Assembly (NCBI GenBank): GCA_050575255.1
Contig: JBNZDD010013686.1
Coordinates: forward strand, 1,441,114-1,505,113
Source of the DNA: Harriotta raleighana
Lineage: Eukaryota
Direction: 5' to 3'
DNA length: 64,000 bases
In this document: one piece after another, positions 25,523 through 39,130 of the stretch
Position numbering within the stretch: position 1 is the stretch's first letter
Layout of the letters: every line of letters begins with the position of its first letter
Translations under genes and position numbers: made by a program
Notes under the pieces: model-generated
The model's database searches: none
What the model was told of the DNA's origin: nothing
What the model saw: only the letters and a program-made list of their open reading frames with translations

Positions 25523-27246
25523 TAGATCTCAATAAAGCTGTCTGTTCTATCAGCACATGGTCTTTGAGCATGTTCCCCAATTAAGACAACACCTTTTAAG
25601 ATTCCCAAACTTTCAATACAAAAATGGTTTCATTTTTATGGATGTTTGCCCATTTAATGTCCTCCCGATGTGAAAGGCGCTGTACAAATGTAATTTTGTT
25701 GTCGTTCAAGCACTCTGAGATGCTACCCATATGAAGAACCCTTATATAATTGCAAGTTGTTGTTGTGCGTTGATAGGGAGGCCTCCCCGTCTGAAAAAAA
25801 ATTAAGTTAAGTGAAAAATAGCAGGAAATAATTTCATAACCAACTAATTTTGATGAATTCCACGAACAACAACTACAGAATTGCACTTGTACAGCACCTT
25901 TCATGTCTGGACTTCACAAGGCGCTGGACAGTCATTGTTTCAGAACACCTTGGAAACCCAGTCTGGAATGGGGGGGGGGGGAGGTGGGGTCAGGAAAATG
26001 TTCTCACAAATCTCCTTTATCTGCACATCCCCAAAAACGCTGAGCGTCATCTAGACATGTAAATTAATATATCAACTGGTGTTTTCCCTAACTGTAGTGT
26101 TTAACTAATGCTCATCCAATTTGCAGAGGCAGTTATTAAAATCTCCAGTTGACAGTAATGAATATTAAATTAACAAATCTGGTTGCATTTATCTCCAATG
26201 TAGGGTTGAAAGGAAATCCCAAGAAGTTCTTCTGCGACGTTTATTTGTGCTGCATAACTGACTGAACGGCAGACCAGATGGTGACTACCTTAGGGCATGG
26301 TCAAAACACCTGTATAAACATTCCCAACTTCATGTCACATCTGATACACTCTGTCAAACGTTGGAGAAGAATCTGTTAAGAACGAAAGCACTAAAATAAA
26401 ACCAATAATTCACATGGCATCTCCTTTAATTGGCTGCAGGTTTAAATCGTATGTGGATTTACCAAGAAAAATGACTGCAAATTTCTTCATTGCTTGACCT
26501 ACCTAAGTACAGTAATGTAGACAATGTAGTCAGTTATCAGCTTGAGATTTGGAAAGAAAAGGTGTTTACTGAGAAACTGATTTTATTTGCAATCTTTAAA
26601 AGAAAATCATAACCGACGCAATCGAGAAGTGAGTTACCATAGCAAAGATTATCCTTAAGTCTAAATAATAATTTTCTAAATAACCCTTCCTGAAGATTAC
26701 TTCAACTGAAACTGAGCCATTAGTTATGGGGTCCTTTCCCTGTCTCCTCTTCTTAAGATAATTATTCTTACTACTGTATGTAGCATCATTCACAGGCCCA
26801 AACACCCATTTTGTACCTTGCCACAAGAGCCAGGATAGTGAGTGCCAATGAGCTACTTACTCATCTAAAGAGAGAATATTGTCCTCCCAGATATCAAAAT
26901 TATATTAGCATTAAGAAACTAAACCAGCTGTCATACTTAGCTGATTAGAAATGAATTGCAGCAGTTTGCGGGTTGCGGGTTGTGGCAGTTATTTCTAATT
27001 AAGATTTAAATAAAAATTCCAAACTGGTATACAGTATTATGAAAGGACTAATCAGTATTGCTATTGCTTGAGATGCTTTCAAATTACTTTTTTTTTACAA
27101 AAACTCATTCACTCATTCCTTGTTGTAAATTTCCTTAATTCCCTCACATTGATTGCATCCTCTCCTGAAAACAGTGGTTATTACTGCATCCTCCAGTACT
27201 TCATCCAAGTAGCCATTTATCGGGTATGAACCATGGCTGTGAATTT

Positions 27247-27465
27247 TAATAATAATAATCCTTGCATTTGTTATAACGCTTTTCAAGTCATCCAGACATC
27301 TCAAAGCGCTTCACAAAATATACTACAGTATAAAGCGAATTGACCAAGGAATTAATATTAGGTGTGTGGAGTAAGGAAACGTGTCCAAGGTTTCATCCTG
27401 TCTGGAATCAAACCCAGATCTCTCGCTTGTAAGGTGAATCCTCTAACCACTGAGCTACAGGCCTC
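27247..27465 (-). mobile_element. tRNA SINE copy lacking the central core
   Basis: L2 tail joined almost directly to the tRNA-derived head (ctctaaccactgagctacagg). Confidence 0.8.
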
Positions 27466-27494
27466 CATGTTGGTAACTCGTGAACTGTAGAGTG

Positions 27495-27737
27495 CCAGAC
27501 ACAGCTAAACCTATCCTCACCTAATATCCACTCATGTGCGCTGTCCTGTCATTAGATTTTTATCAGGAGTAGAAACCCTGGCTGATATGCTCTCCCCACT
27601 CTTGTGCAGTGATGCTGTCCCCAGCTGAGACCACTTAAACTTTGTAAATGCCAAAGATCAAACCTGGAACCTCCCTCTTTATAATGGCTCAGTAAAACAC
27701 TACAAGGCACATTTACCCATTGAGCCATTGAAGGATC
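27495..27737 (-). mobile_element. Old tRNA-derived SINE (second family), 5' half
   Basis: Reverse complement begins tggctcaatgggtaaatg (A box-like) and has ccaggtttgatc (B box-like); related to 10975-11140. Confidence 0.55.
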
Positions 27738-29761
27738 CCTCATCAGTGCGCTAAATTGGATTTTCATATGGAATCGTTCAGATTTTAATTATAGATTGCA
27801 ATGCATCAATGAGGATGTAAACCATTAGGATTACTGGACAGTGACTAAAGCCAATGTCATTCAATTTTTAAGACCGTGTTGAATGCTAAAACAGAATCCC
27901 CAAATTAACCAAAATATTTAGAAGGCTTACCTCAAATATTTATCACAATTTTAATCCTTCAGTGCAGAACTGGTAACTGTGTTGCTCAATAAACTGTAAT
28001 ACAGTAATTGTGTTACAGAGATCAAGACAATAGGGTCAGACAGGTTTGAACTTAAGTTCAGTGTTAAAATACCAGTGGTTTAGTCTGTAATCTTGATTTA
28101 TTCATGAAGAATCTACAAATAAACAGCGTTTAACAGATTGGCAGAAATGATTTTTCCCATAATTCTGCTAAGAAAAAAATGACTCATGTGCAGACCAATT
28201 TATGGCAATATTCCATCCATCTCTGAGCATTCATCATCAGAATTAATGCTATTATAGAACTCAAAGCCAAAACATCCTGTTGACACAAGTAAACAGAATG
28301 CCAATTTTGGCACAGAGCTTGCTTTCGTTTACCATGTAAATTCGAAGTAAAAGTAAACAAGGACTCTGAAGTTTCATAACCAAACTATAATCAGTTTGTG
28401 AAACAAATGAAACAATGCAGGCAGAATATTCTTAACTGTTAGCAAAGATGTTCTTGTTCTTCCCACAAGAACATAGCCTAGGGCTTGTGGAATAATAGTG
28501 AATTGTTGAAGCTCAGTAAGCTTTGCGCCTACATGCATGGGCTTGTGAAAAAATGTCAACACTATTTCAGCAAAAAAAGGTCAACAGATGATTCTCCTAT
28601 TTGTTGAAACTTATCAAGGATGTCTTTGTGAGACTATGTTGTTCAAATGTTGCACTCTATTGTAAGGAAAGGAACTTTTGACTTGTGACGTATGTATTTC
28701 CACTTGCAAAACCACAAGACGCCACAGATGCGCAACATGTCATACCATGAACCACAAAGACTTCAAACGCCTAGATGCACATGAAACTAATAAACATTTC
28801 CAACAACATTCTATACATCATAAACATATTGGGAATATATGAATTTGGATGAGAAAATGTCCATAGAAAATGGATAGCACATATAGAAAATGGATAAAAC
28901 ATAAAAAATAATAGCCTCCAATTAAAACTGGTTCTGTATTTCCTTGAAGATCATCTCCAAGCAACATTACACTTGATGTTAAACTAATGTTGTTGCACTT
29001 TTCTGGTGCTGTATTGGTATTTAAAATGAAAGAACAAAAAGAGTAATGCAGCATGCACTACCCTTGATATACTCGGATCTGTTTGACACATCTGCTAAAG
29101 AGTCTCAAGTGAAACACGTCAGGCGAGTCTTACCTCAGTTCCTACACACACATGGGTCCAAAACACAGCATTACAAATAACCAAAGATGACAGCAATGGG
29201 GAAATTGGAGGCGCTGTGATTTTTTACTCATCAGTCAGCTGTCGTCAGATTTACATTATGATAACCTGAGAGGTCGCCTTGTGCCAGAAACTAAACAGGT
29301 TTAACAGTGGTAAACAGCATCTGTCACACGTGCCACTGGGAATGGCCTGCCAGTGCTTCAAGCTGAGATCCCTGCTATTTTATTGTTGGTGTGCCCTGTC
29401 TGAGTGAATGATTTTGTTCCATTTTCAGTGGAGCAACTGAACTGCATCTACCAGTAACTATGGGAAGAAGCCTTTTCATCAAGTTTGTCAAGGAACAGTT
29501 GAAAGAGGGTGATCTCATGCCAGTAAGGACTGTTTTTTGTAGAACTCTCATGTTAAACTCAAGGGTAAGCGCTGTTGGTCTCCCGTATCACCAATTACAT
29601 TTTAATGATAGAAAAGGGTTGATCATTGCAGTACAAATTGCTTCAGGATGTATGGCCTGAGACCGAAGAATCCAATGATTCAGCAGTGCATCTTACTTAA
29701 TTTGTATTTACTATTGTGGGTGATTTATTCTATCATTATTCTATTAACATTGAGAATTGTA

Positions 29762-30051
29762 GAGTCCTGTAGCTTAGTGGTTAGAGCAATCGCCTTACAA
29801 AGCGGGAGGCCCGGGTTCGATTCCAGTCAGGACAAAACAGTGGGCAAGTTTCTTACTCCACAAACTTGATAATAATCCCTAAAAAATAATAATAAATTAT
29901 TCATTTAATTTCATGATTGTTTGTGGGACACTGCTGCCTCGTTTTGTGCACAGTCAAACCAGAGAACATCATTCAAACAGTATGTTTGTGAAGCGCTTTG
30001 AGACATCTAGAAGATGTGAAAAGCGCTACATCAAATGCAAGGATTATTATT
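29762..30051 (+). mobile_element. Near full-length tRNA/Deu SINE
   Basis: A box TAGCTTAGTGG, B box GGTTCGATTCC, core and L2 tail with (ATT)n. Confidence 0.9.
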
Positions 30052-30756
30052 GCTATCTTATCAGTCAAAAAAGTATCTCTTTAAAAACAAATCAAATCAG
30101 ATTCTGAATTCAAAGTTCTAATAATTGTATTTCACAGTTCATAACAAGAGGCAATTTTGCATCAGAATGACAAAACAGCATTTTACGAATGAGCATAATA
30201 CAGCTCCACATCTATCAGCCAAAGTGCTCGATGTTAATTCACTTGATGCTGCATCTTCTAAACATCCTAAGATTTAAACAATGAAAAAAAACATTTACCT
30301 GATTAATTGGCTGCCTAATCTAAACTCATCGCACTCAATGCTGTGAATGGATCATTTTTCACTTTTTGGCACTCTGGGAAACAGCATCAAACATCCTCAG
30401 GTTAGGTGAAGCACAACTGAAATGCAGCAAAAAAAAACTCTTGCCTTTCTACACAATGTTATGTCTTCAGCATAACCTCAGATAATTCACTCTGTATTGC
30501 ACTAATAATAATAATGATATTAATCTTCGCACCTAATCTTAGTGCATCTTACACCAGGATGATGTTTCAAAGCACTTCACAGGATTTCAGGTGAAGTGTA
30601 GTAACTGGGTATTTTGTGGGTGAACATGGCCAGTGTGCACACAGCAATGTCCCACGAATAGCCATGAAGTGAATGACCAAATTTTTTTATTTGAGGGATT
30701 GTTGGGAAAGGAAATTGGAAGCAACTCTGTTCTCTTTAAAATCTATTCAAATAGGA

Positions 30757-31001
30757 CCTTCCATTTTTTTCCCCACCACCTATCAAGTGCTCTGATTGTT
30801 TATCAATTTAGTATTAGTTCATGCCAAATTACAGGCTGATTTTGTAGATCAACATTCAACGAGAATTTGATTGATATTGGNCCCTTCCATTTTTTTCCCC
30901 ACCACCTATCAAGTGCTCTGATTGTTTATCAATTTAGTATTAGTTTATGCCAAATTACAGGCTGATTTTGTAGATCAACATTCAACGAGAATTTGATTGA
31001 T
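30757..31001. other. ~120 bp duplication across N 30881 (probable assembly artefact)
   Basis: Near-identical copies lie on either side of a single N. Confidence 0.8.
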
Positions 31002-32146
31002 AATGTCCGTAAACATTTTACTTGAACTCCTCCAACCACCAGAGAAGACATTCACCTCAGCAGTCTGGACTGAATTGAAGATCATACTTCCCACAAGTGA
31101 AAAGGGCTCTTATTGCACAATCTCCTTGAGATTGCCACCTGTTCTGAATATCCTGTGTTTTTCAGGCTACATTCTTCAATACAAGTGGTTATTTATAATT
31201 TACCAACATTTTAAGCAGTGGCCATCAAACTCCAATCCCTTTTCCACCAAAGGTTTAACATTTTCCCTTTGTATAAATCGATTTATATTCATAATGTCTT
31301 TTACTAATACAAAAGTGCAATTTCTGCTTTTCTTTTCCTATGCAGGCAGACAATAAATCGTAGTTAATGAGGTTTCAGTTCCACCTCCTGCAGATTCTGT
31401 TAGTCTCAACTGTGTTTCATATAATATTAATTACTTTAAATTGGAGTAAATTGGCAGTTAAAGACTGAAAAACAAAAAACTTTGCACTAACTGGTAATGG
31501 GATAAATTGACCTAAAAATTATAGATTATAAATTATTATTTAACAGTTTTTTCTTTTGTTCTCATACCTAAGTAGGAATACAAGGAAGTAGAATTTGGAA
31601 AAAAAAATCTTGACCATTTTCTCTTTCTTTAAAACAAAGCATGAATTATAGCTTATACATTGATGTGCTCTGAGACCTCGGTTAGCATTAGATGGGAGCA
31701 GAGAAAATGCCATTTAGATAATCCAATGGCTGTGTTATCCAGGTTCAGTTCACATTTCATCCTTCTCCTTAGAATTATTACAATTAGTAGTAGTACCCAA
31801 ATCGTCTACCTCAAAACAATTGGCTCTCATCTCTGCTGAGTCAGGAACTGTTTTAAATCTCTCTTGTATTCTTCAACTTAGTATTTTACCAGGTGGTAGT
31901 CAACTCTGTAAATGAATTACTTTGAGCAAAGTTTACCTTATGAGTTCTTTCGGTTAGAATGATATTCTCTGGTTTGTCTACACTAATTTGTCTAAACAAA
32001 TTCTTCATCTACTTTTCCAGTTGCTTCAATACTTTAAAAACTCAGATTGTATTCTCCTTCATCTTTTCTCTTATGAAAATAGATTTACATGAATTTGTCT
32101 GTACAGTACTCGTAGCCCAATGATCTAAAACATGTAGTAATCACTT

Positions 32147-32310
32147 AGAACATAAGAATTAGGAGCAGGAGTAGGCCATTCGGACCCTCGAGCCTGGACC
32201 CTCGAGCCTGCCCAATAAGATCATGGCTTATCTATTCTAACTCCACTTACCCGCCTTATCCCCAAATCCCTTAATCCCTTTATCCACAAGAAATCTATCA
32301 ATCTCAGTAT
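32147..32310 (-). mobile_element. CR1-clade LINE 3' end
   Basis: agaacataagaattaggagcaggagtaggccattcg...aatctatcaatctcagt resembles shark CR1 3' ends; contains a 14-bp internal tandem duplication (ggaccctcgagcct). Confidence 0.75.
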
Positions 32311-32949
32311 TTTGAAATACACTTTCAATGCAAATGTGCCAAAGAAAGTTATTCATTTTAATTTGTTGGTTTCCTTCTTTCTTCAGTTTGATCAAGTTGC
32401 ATCGAATTACACTCTGCCCCCCTGGAGAACTTGCTTGTCACATGACTAAGCTATAAATACTTCACTAATTTAATGAGCTGTTAATCATAACCAGAGCTGC
32501 CGAAGGCAAGACATCTCTAAAATTGCCATGGGTTAGATTTTCCCTTGGTGAAAAGCTACAAATTCTACTACCTGACACAATTGTATGTTCCCTCCCACCC
32601 CAGAGATAGAAAGTTTTGTACCAGTTTCTGTATTTCATCTGTTGACTGGCTCTGTAGCAAAGGAATGACAGTGAAGCATGCAGCAGTGCATTCCAGGAGA
32701 ATTTCTGATTCACACCTTTGCTCTCCCTATTATTAGGCACCGAAGCTAATTTCTGGAGCCACAGCATCCAGAATATTCTTTTAACTTTGCTTTCAACTTC
32801 AAAAAGCTTAATATAGCTATAAAACATAGCTGTACATTAAAGAAATGTTTAAAAATTGGTAACTATACAAATGTATAAACAATTCTGTTAGCCGATTCTA
32901 ATACAGTATATTATCCAAATTAAACGTATAATTGTCCTGACCGTGCTTC

Positions 32950-33462
32950 AGCATGGTTCAGTGGTAACGCTTTTCCTTCTGAGTCAACAACAACTTTGAT
33001 TTATATAGCGCTCCCCCCTTGCAGGACGGTGTCTCAGAGCGCTTAAGAGTAAGAAGGCTGTGGATTCAAGACCTACTTTGGGACTTGGAATCATATAGTC
33101 TAAGCATACCAGTGGGGTGCTAGGGGTGTGCTGCATTGTTGGGAGATGCTGTCCTTTGGATGAGACATTAAACTGAGGTCCTATCTCCACTTGAACAGCT
33201 GGATCTTAAAGATCCCATGGGGTTATTTGAAAAGGGAGTTTCTCCCGGTGTCTTGATCAACAAATCCCCCAAATAAAATTGGGACACTCACTCGGTGGCT
33301 CTTTGTGGGACATTTTTGCGGAGCGCAACTCGCTGCCAGGTTTCACCCGCAAAATACACATTCAAATAATTTTACAGCAAAGTATATCCTGTGAAGTGCT
33401 TCGAGATGTCTAAATGACATGATAACACACTATATCAAATGCAGGGATTATTTGTATTATTA
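32950..33462 (+). mobile_element. Near full-length DeuSINE (SacSINE1/AmnSINE-type core) with a nested antisense L2 tail at ~32985-33045
   Basis: tRNA-like head, Deu core gtgctgcattgttgggagatgctgtcctttggatgagacattaaactgagg...aaagatcccatgg, and L2 tail. Confidence 0.8.
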
Positions 33463-36400
33463 TGTGATCTGAATATTTGGAGAACCACTGTTGAATATAA
33501 TAGAAATTACTGTCGACAGGAGTGCCTGCATAAATATTCAGTAAGATACAATATCTTTTGTTCAGGAAGGGGCCCTACATCTCTGAACTAAAAATAGAGA
33601 CCTTTGTGGTTTTGAATGCCTGTGTGTATTCCTGTACTTCAGATGAACAAATCCTGTCACAAAATTTGTTTGAAGTCTTAAGCAAGGTTGGTTATTTATT
33701 TGCGCTTGTACCATAAGCAGCTATTCGGGAGATGACATGCCAAACCAGCTGTTTACTGTCCTATTACATGTGGTCTGCAGCTGTGTCCATGAGTTTCTTT
33801 CCACTCACCAATCAAACCTGCCAAGTATTCATTGGCAGATGATGACCAAACTACATTTCAGAGGAATAAAAGTAGAATAGAGATTCAAAGCAGGTGCACA
33901 GTTTCTCCAGTTTCTCACAAAATGGATATCTTGAAGAAAAAGAGTAACTCACATACAGATTGAACATTAATAAAAACATTTGATACAGGACACTTAAGAG
34001 TTTACAGTGTTAAACTGGGTCATTTGTGAACTAACCAAAATCTAGTTTAGCTCAACCAGATCTTTTCATTATCAACTATTAACACATTCTTAACTGAGAT
34101 TTGGTCTGATGGACCACAAGTTTTAAAGCAAGCTCTCTGCTAAAAGCAGCTGGTGAAAAATATTCTCAAAATTAATAACCATTTTATCATAACCCTCCAA
34201 GAAATTAGGCCATTTGGAATAACTTCCAACATTGAAAACTTTTTCTTCAAGAAAGCCATTTTGTTACAATGAGCATACACACTGCTTTACTGTTATTATT
34301 TGTATTACCAAAGCAGGCACACAAAGTCCTTCCTACAAAACATATCTTCAAGTTTGAATGTATCTTCTAGTTTGAATATTGAATGTGTTAATTATTCTAG
34401 TGTCCAAGTTACGATTGAGCCATAAATACAATGCACATTATTCCCCAAAAAAGCATATATGCAGAGCCAGAAAAAAAATTCATCTCTCTGAGCCATTAAG
34501 ATACATGTGCTGAAGTGCACAAGTTCATATAAGAAAAGGTGCAGTTAATAGTCACCATGAGTTTAGATGATGCAGGGGATGTAGTTATTATCTGTATGGA
34601 TTATGTACACAGAATCCAAAATATGGTAACCTACCATATATAAATCAAGTTAAAGTCTGTTGGTCTTTTGAACACCCCACCCCCACTGCACACTTTGCTT
34701 AATGCTCTCACAAATTCCTTCCCATAAAGTGTTTGAACATTGTGTGTTGCCCTCATCACAAACTCCACTCAGTAGAATAATGCAAAGACCTCAGACTGAA
34801 AAGAGATTAGCAGTTTCTAGCTTCTGTTTTTTTAAAGCAGAAATAACTTTGGCAGCCATTGAATTCATAGATAAACAAAGTTTGAAATGCAAAGCATGCT
34901 GAATTTCAGATTCAGAATAAAAAGATCCTTAAAATATGCCTGAATGCATGTTCTGGACTCATTAAAAGGGATGAAAGGGCCCACTATTCACAGAGCCTCA
35001 AGCCCACTGCTCCTGTCATGCCAAGAATCCTAGTCAAGTAAGCCATTATTCCACTTATATTTCTATTGAATTCAGAGCTTCAAACACTCATCACTCATTT
35101 ATACTAAGCCAGAGCTTAAGATGAACAGAGATGTGTCTGAAATCTTTAACATTTTCCATATTCAGAGCACTATTCTTGAATGCTTCAAAACAAATCAAAA
35201 TCTACTCCAAAACCGCAACTCCTATAGCTGTAAAAGATAAAGTTTAGAACTATCTTTCAAGATCCTATTTATCTGTTTATATTGAAACAATTTCATGTGC
35301 CTAGCTTTCCACAGATACCCACATGTGTTCAATGAGTTTAAGGGCATCCACCAAATATAAATTTCAAAAGCTTCTTTGTCTTGGGATAGTCAACACCTTT
35401 TAATTCATGGCAAGAATTAAACTAAAAATTGAAATACAGCAAAAACTAACTATCTTCATTCTTCACCCAAGATGAAGTGACATGTCTTATTAACTTCAAC
35501 ATTAATTTGATTGGGTTGTAATTTAAAATTCAGTGTTCCCTTGGCTTTCTTCTATCATCTCTCTATTCAAAACTATCTGAGTCAAATGAAATAATTGGAC
35601 ATATGGTTATTGTTTCACTTTACATGTTAAATAATACCAGTATTGCTGTAATAAGGTGCTTGAATTGTAATACACTTAATTTGGGCAGAAATTTTTAATT
35701 GGCAGTGAAACTATCAAAATCTATTTATATTGTCAAACCTTTCCACAAATGTCAAGACAGTTTAATATAACAGAAATAAAAAAATTTAAGGAGATTTTTG
35801 TTGTTAGTTCCTTAAAAGCAAATATTCAGCATTATAATGGAATTTCTGAAAGGAAAATTCTATTAAGCTAGACTATTTATCAAAGTCATATTGATTGACC
35901 GCTGAACACAATATGGGTATTGATCTATTAGTTTTTGCTACCGCATTATCGATATTCTATGCCACTACTTCTACCATGCTGTATTATATTCAAATCATAG
36001 CCACTCATGTTAATAAGCAATATTAATGTGTATCTTCTTTCCTCAAAGGAGCTGGTATTCCTTCATTTCACAAGAATAAATGAGGACAAAACAGGAGCTT
36101 GTTTATACTGAAGTTTTTTTTAATGAAAACACATCCAGAGATCCATTAAGTTTTCAAGTGTCCAATTTTTCACCTTCCATTCAAGAAAATATTTTTTTCT
36201 GCCCAGAATCAGATGTGTTACTCAGCAAATACTCAGCTCCTTTGTGATACCACGTCATCAAATACATGCATATTATTTTTGGGCAGACCTCATGAAATGC
36301 ATCAGTGAAAAGCAAATTTTGGGTGTGTACTTAATTAGCAGTGCAGAAGAGTTATTTTCCAAAATAGATTGTGTGTGAATATGAAATTTATTTGGAGGAA

Positions 36401-38889
36401 TAAAAGTACTAAGATACATTATAATTTGCACCAAGTGTTGTATATTCTTGGAATCAATAGCAAACAATTGTTTTTACACCATCAAAGTTTCAGGAATTCT
36501 TTCTCCTGCAAAAAAATAAACCTGGATGTTGTTTTTCTAATTTTTAATAGTTTTTCTTGGTCCTGGTCCTCCAAAGGATTACAAATAGTTGCATATTACA
36601 AATGACCAATGCTTTGAAACTCGATACCTCTTTCCATACACACAGTCATTTTGCACAAGTTGCTGTTATCGTTCTCTGGCACAACCTTCACTTTATGATC
36701 CTGATAAAAGGACATAAAGCAGACATAAATCTGTGTCAAGTTATCTTGTCCATCCATTAGCAAATACCACCTGGTTTATCTGTGTTTGAAAATCCCCTTT
36801 ATCATTTCAAAAATAAAAATACAATTCCTTTCCATCTGGTTTTGTTCGCAAAACAGAAGGACAACACATAGCCCATATCAATTGATCTTGTTGTGTTAAG
36901 AGTTGATTTATAGCACAAACTACAAGTTAGCTTTGTCATTCACCAGCAAAGACCATAACTGATGACTTTGAAGAATTACAATTGAAACCATACAACGATC
37001 CTTTGTCAAACCGTCAGGTTAAATATTTATTGTGGTTTAAATGTTTGTATTCTAAAGAAACATTTGACCACACTGTCATAACAGAGCAGAAATCAAGTGA
37101 TGCCTTTGAGTGATAGAATTACTACATGCCACATCAATAGCTGGAAGATTGTTTAGGCTGAAAAGGATTCAATGACATGTTGTTGGATACTTTTGTATTG
37201 TTGGTTACTTAGTGGCATGCAATGGAATTCATTATTTTTTAATCAATCTCATCGCAGTTCATTTCTCGTCTTGATGCTTTAGGCAGGGTAAGCCACATAG
37301 TTTCAACCAGCAGCACTGTCTTTGCTATTGTGTTAATTTGTTTTCAAAGATATGTCTAAGATTATTATGGAAAGATAACACTGCTATCTTTGTTAATCGT
37401 GGACTACTAAACTGTTACTTTGCCCATCCACAACGCTTGCATCTTGTAGATTTAGAACAAAAAACACATTCAATTATTAAATCTAAACTGAAAGCATCCG
37501 AGTTTTGAACACCTACCACTCCATCAAGAGAAGGGTAGTTAACTGTGAATCAGTGAATGATTTCAGAAAAGGACTGGGATACAACCTTAGACAATGTGTA
37601 GATTCTAAGACACTGGGATCACACACAACCATAAATGTGTCATTTCAAATCGGGCATATTTTTCTATACAATAAAATGTTTGACCGAATACTTACCATAG
37701 GAATGAATGAATGAAATGATTAATGGAAATTCTACAGATGTAGATAGGGACACTAAATCAATCAGGAAACTCTGCCACATGTTCTTTTTCATTTAAGACA
37801 AATGCATATAAAAACAACAATGGACATTAATAACCAAAGGTTCATTCAATGTTAGCTCCAGGGTTATTAATAACTTAGACAAGGCTGTGATGACTCTGCT
37901 ATCCTGTGGTATTCTTTGTGGCCCTTATCACTTTGTGCAAGAAGTAAGGACTCATTTACAACCGATGAATAAACTTATCAGTTGTTGGATAATCCTATAA
38001 AATAAGAAGTCTTTGTGACCGCTCTGATGGTTTTGTGTTCTCAAATCATTGAAAGCAGAGATTTCCTATTAAATAAGGCCATCCCAACCTGCCATAAAAT
38101 AACTTACCCAATAGTATAGCGTGGTTTACAGGCTACAAGAGGCCATTTAACATTTGACACAGTGACGTAAACTGGGTCTGTGTTTTAGTTGAAACAAACC
38201 ACCGCTTCAAGCAGGTTTGAGATAAATAGTTAAAGGAACAAAAAAATACAATCATCAGGTCAGAACAAACTCACTGCAAACAATAGGTGAGAAAACTCAG
38301 CTAAAAGGCTCATTGTGCTTTGTTTACCCAGCCTGCGTTCCTCCTTTCCCACTGGCTACACAACCTGCAGCTACACCCAACAATTATACATTTTTTTCTT
38401 AATGCATTAAAAACTCAACAGAAAGAATATTTAACTCTTCCTAGGTCTAAGATGTCCAATCTATGAAAATCTATACAAACACCAGAATGGCATACTGTAC
38501 TTGCAAAATCCACTGGTTTTATCTGATGTGTAAAATCCTTCAACTCCAAATAGACAGTTTATCTACATACAGCTTCTCTTTCGCATTCTCTGTTTTGCTT
38601 TGTACAGATTATGTGGGTTAAGATTCACATGTCTCTTTCTGATTGGTTTATTTATGTTCATACTGGGATTCTTATTGTTTCAACAGGCTCATTGCATGAT
38701 TCCAGGCACTTGAATTCTGATATGTCTATATCTTGTGGGACAAACATCGTTTTTCTGTAAGATTCACCTTCAATTTGATGTAACTTTATCCAGGCAAATA
38801 ACCAGATCTAAATTCATGAAAATGAAAGCTTCTTCAGTTTCTCTCTAAAGTAGCATCTATAGTCAACACTGACCAACTTCAGAGAATCC

Positions 38890-39130
38890 GGGAATCATAG
38901 ATGTTTACAGTAAGGAAATAAACCATTCAGTCCATCAAGTCTGCCCCAGCTTAATGCAAGCTTTTCATTCAATTCCATGGACTTCACCAATTTATCCACT
39001 TCCCCACCCCTTATCCACTTACCTCTCAAAACCTTTAACTCTGATATACCTGCTTATTTTACTCTTGAAACCCATAATTGACTCAGCTACTAACACCTTA
39101 CTTGGCATGACATTGCACATCCCTCCATGC
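38890..39130 (-). mobile_element. Degraded CR1-like 3' end
   Basis: gaatcatagatgtttacag...ccattcagtccatcaagtctgcccca...ttatccactt..ctcttgaa pattern. Confidence 0.5.

Noticed and set aside
25065-25580. 171-aa ORF as a standalone gene
   Set aside because: It is a chance fusion of antisense L2 sequence with the real terminal glypican exon, which starts at the acceptor at 25246.
28818-29054. Hydrophobic-ended 78-aa ORF as an alternative GPI exon
   Set aside because: No convincing in-phase acceptor or glypican similarity; the hydrophobicity follows from T-richness. The 25246 exon fits better.
29764-29833. Near-complete tRNA cloverleaf (gtcctg...caggac acceptor stem, TAC anticodon, A and B boxes)
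   Set aside because: It runs straight into the SINE body and L2 tail, has broken anticodon and T stems, and recurs at ~9200, 17970, 27460 and 52995. It is a SINE head, not a tRNA gene.
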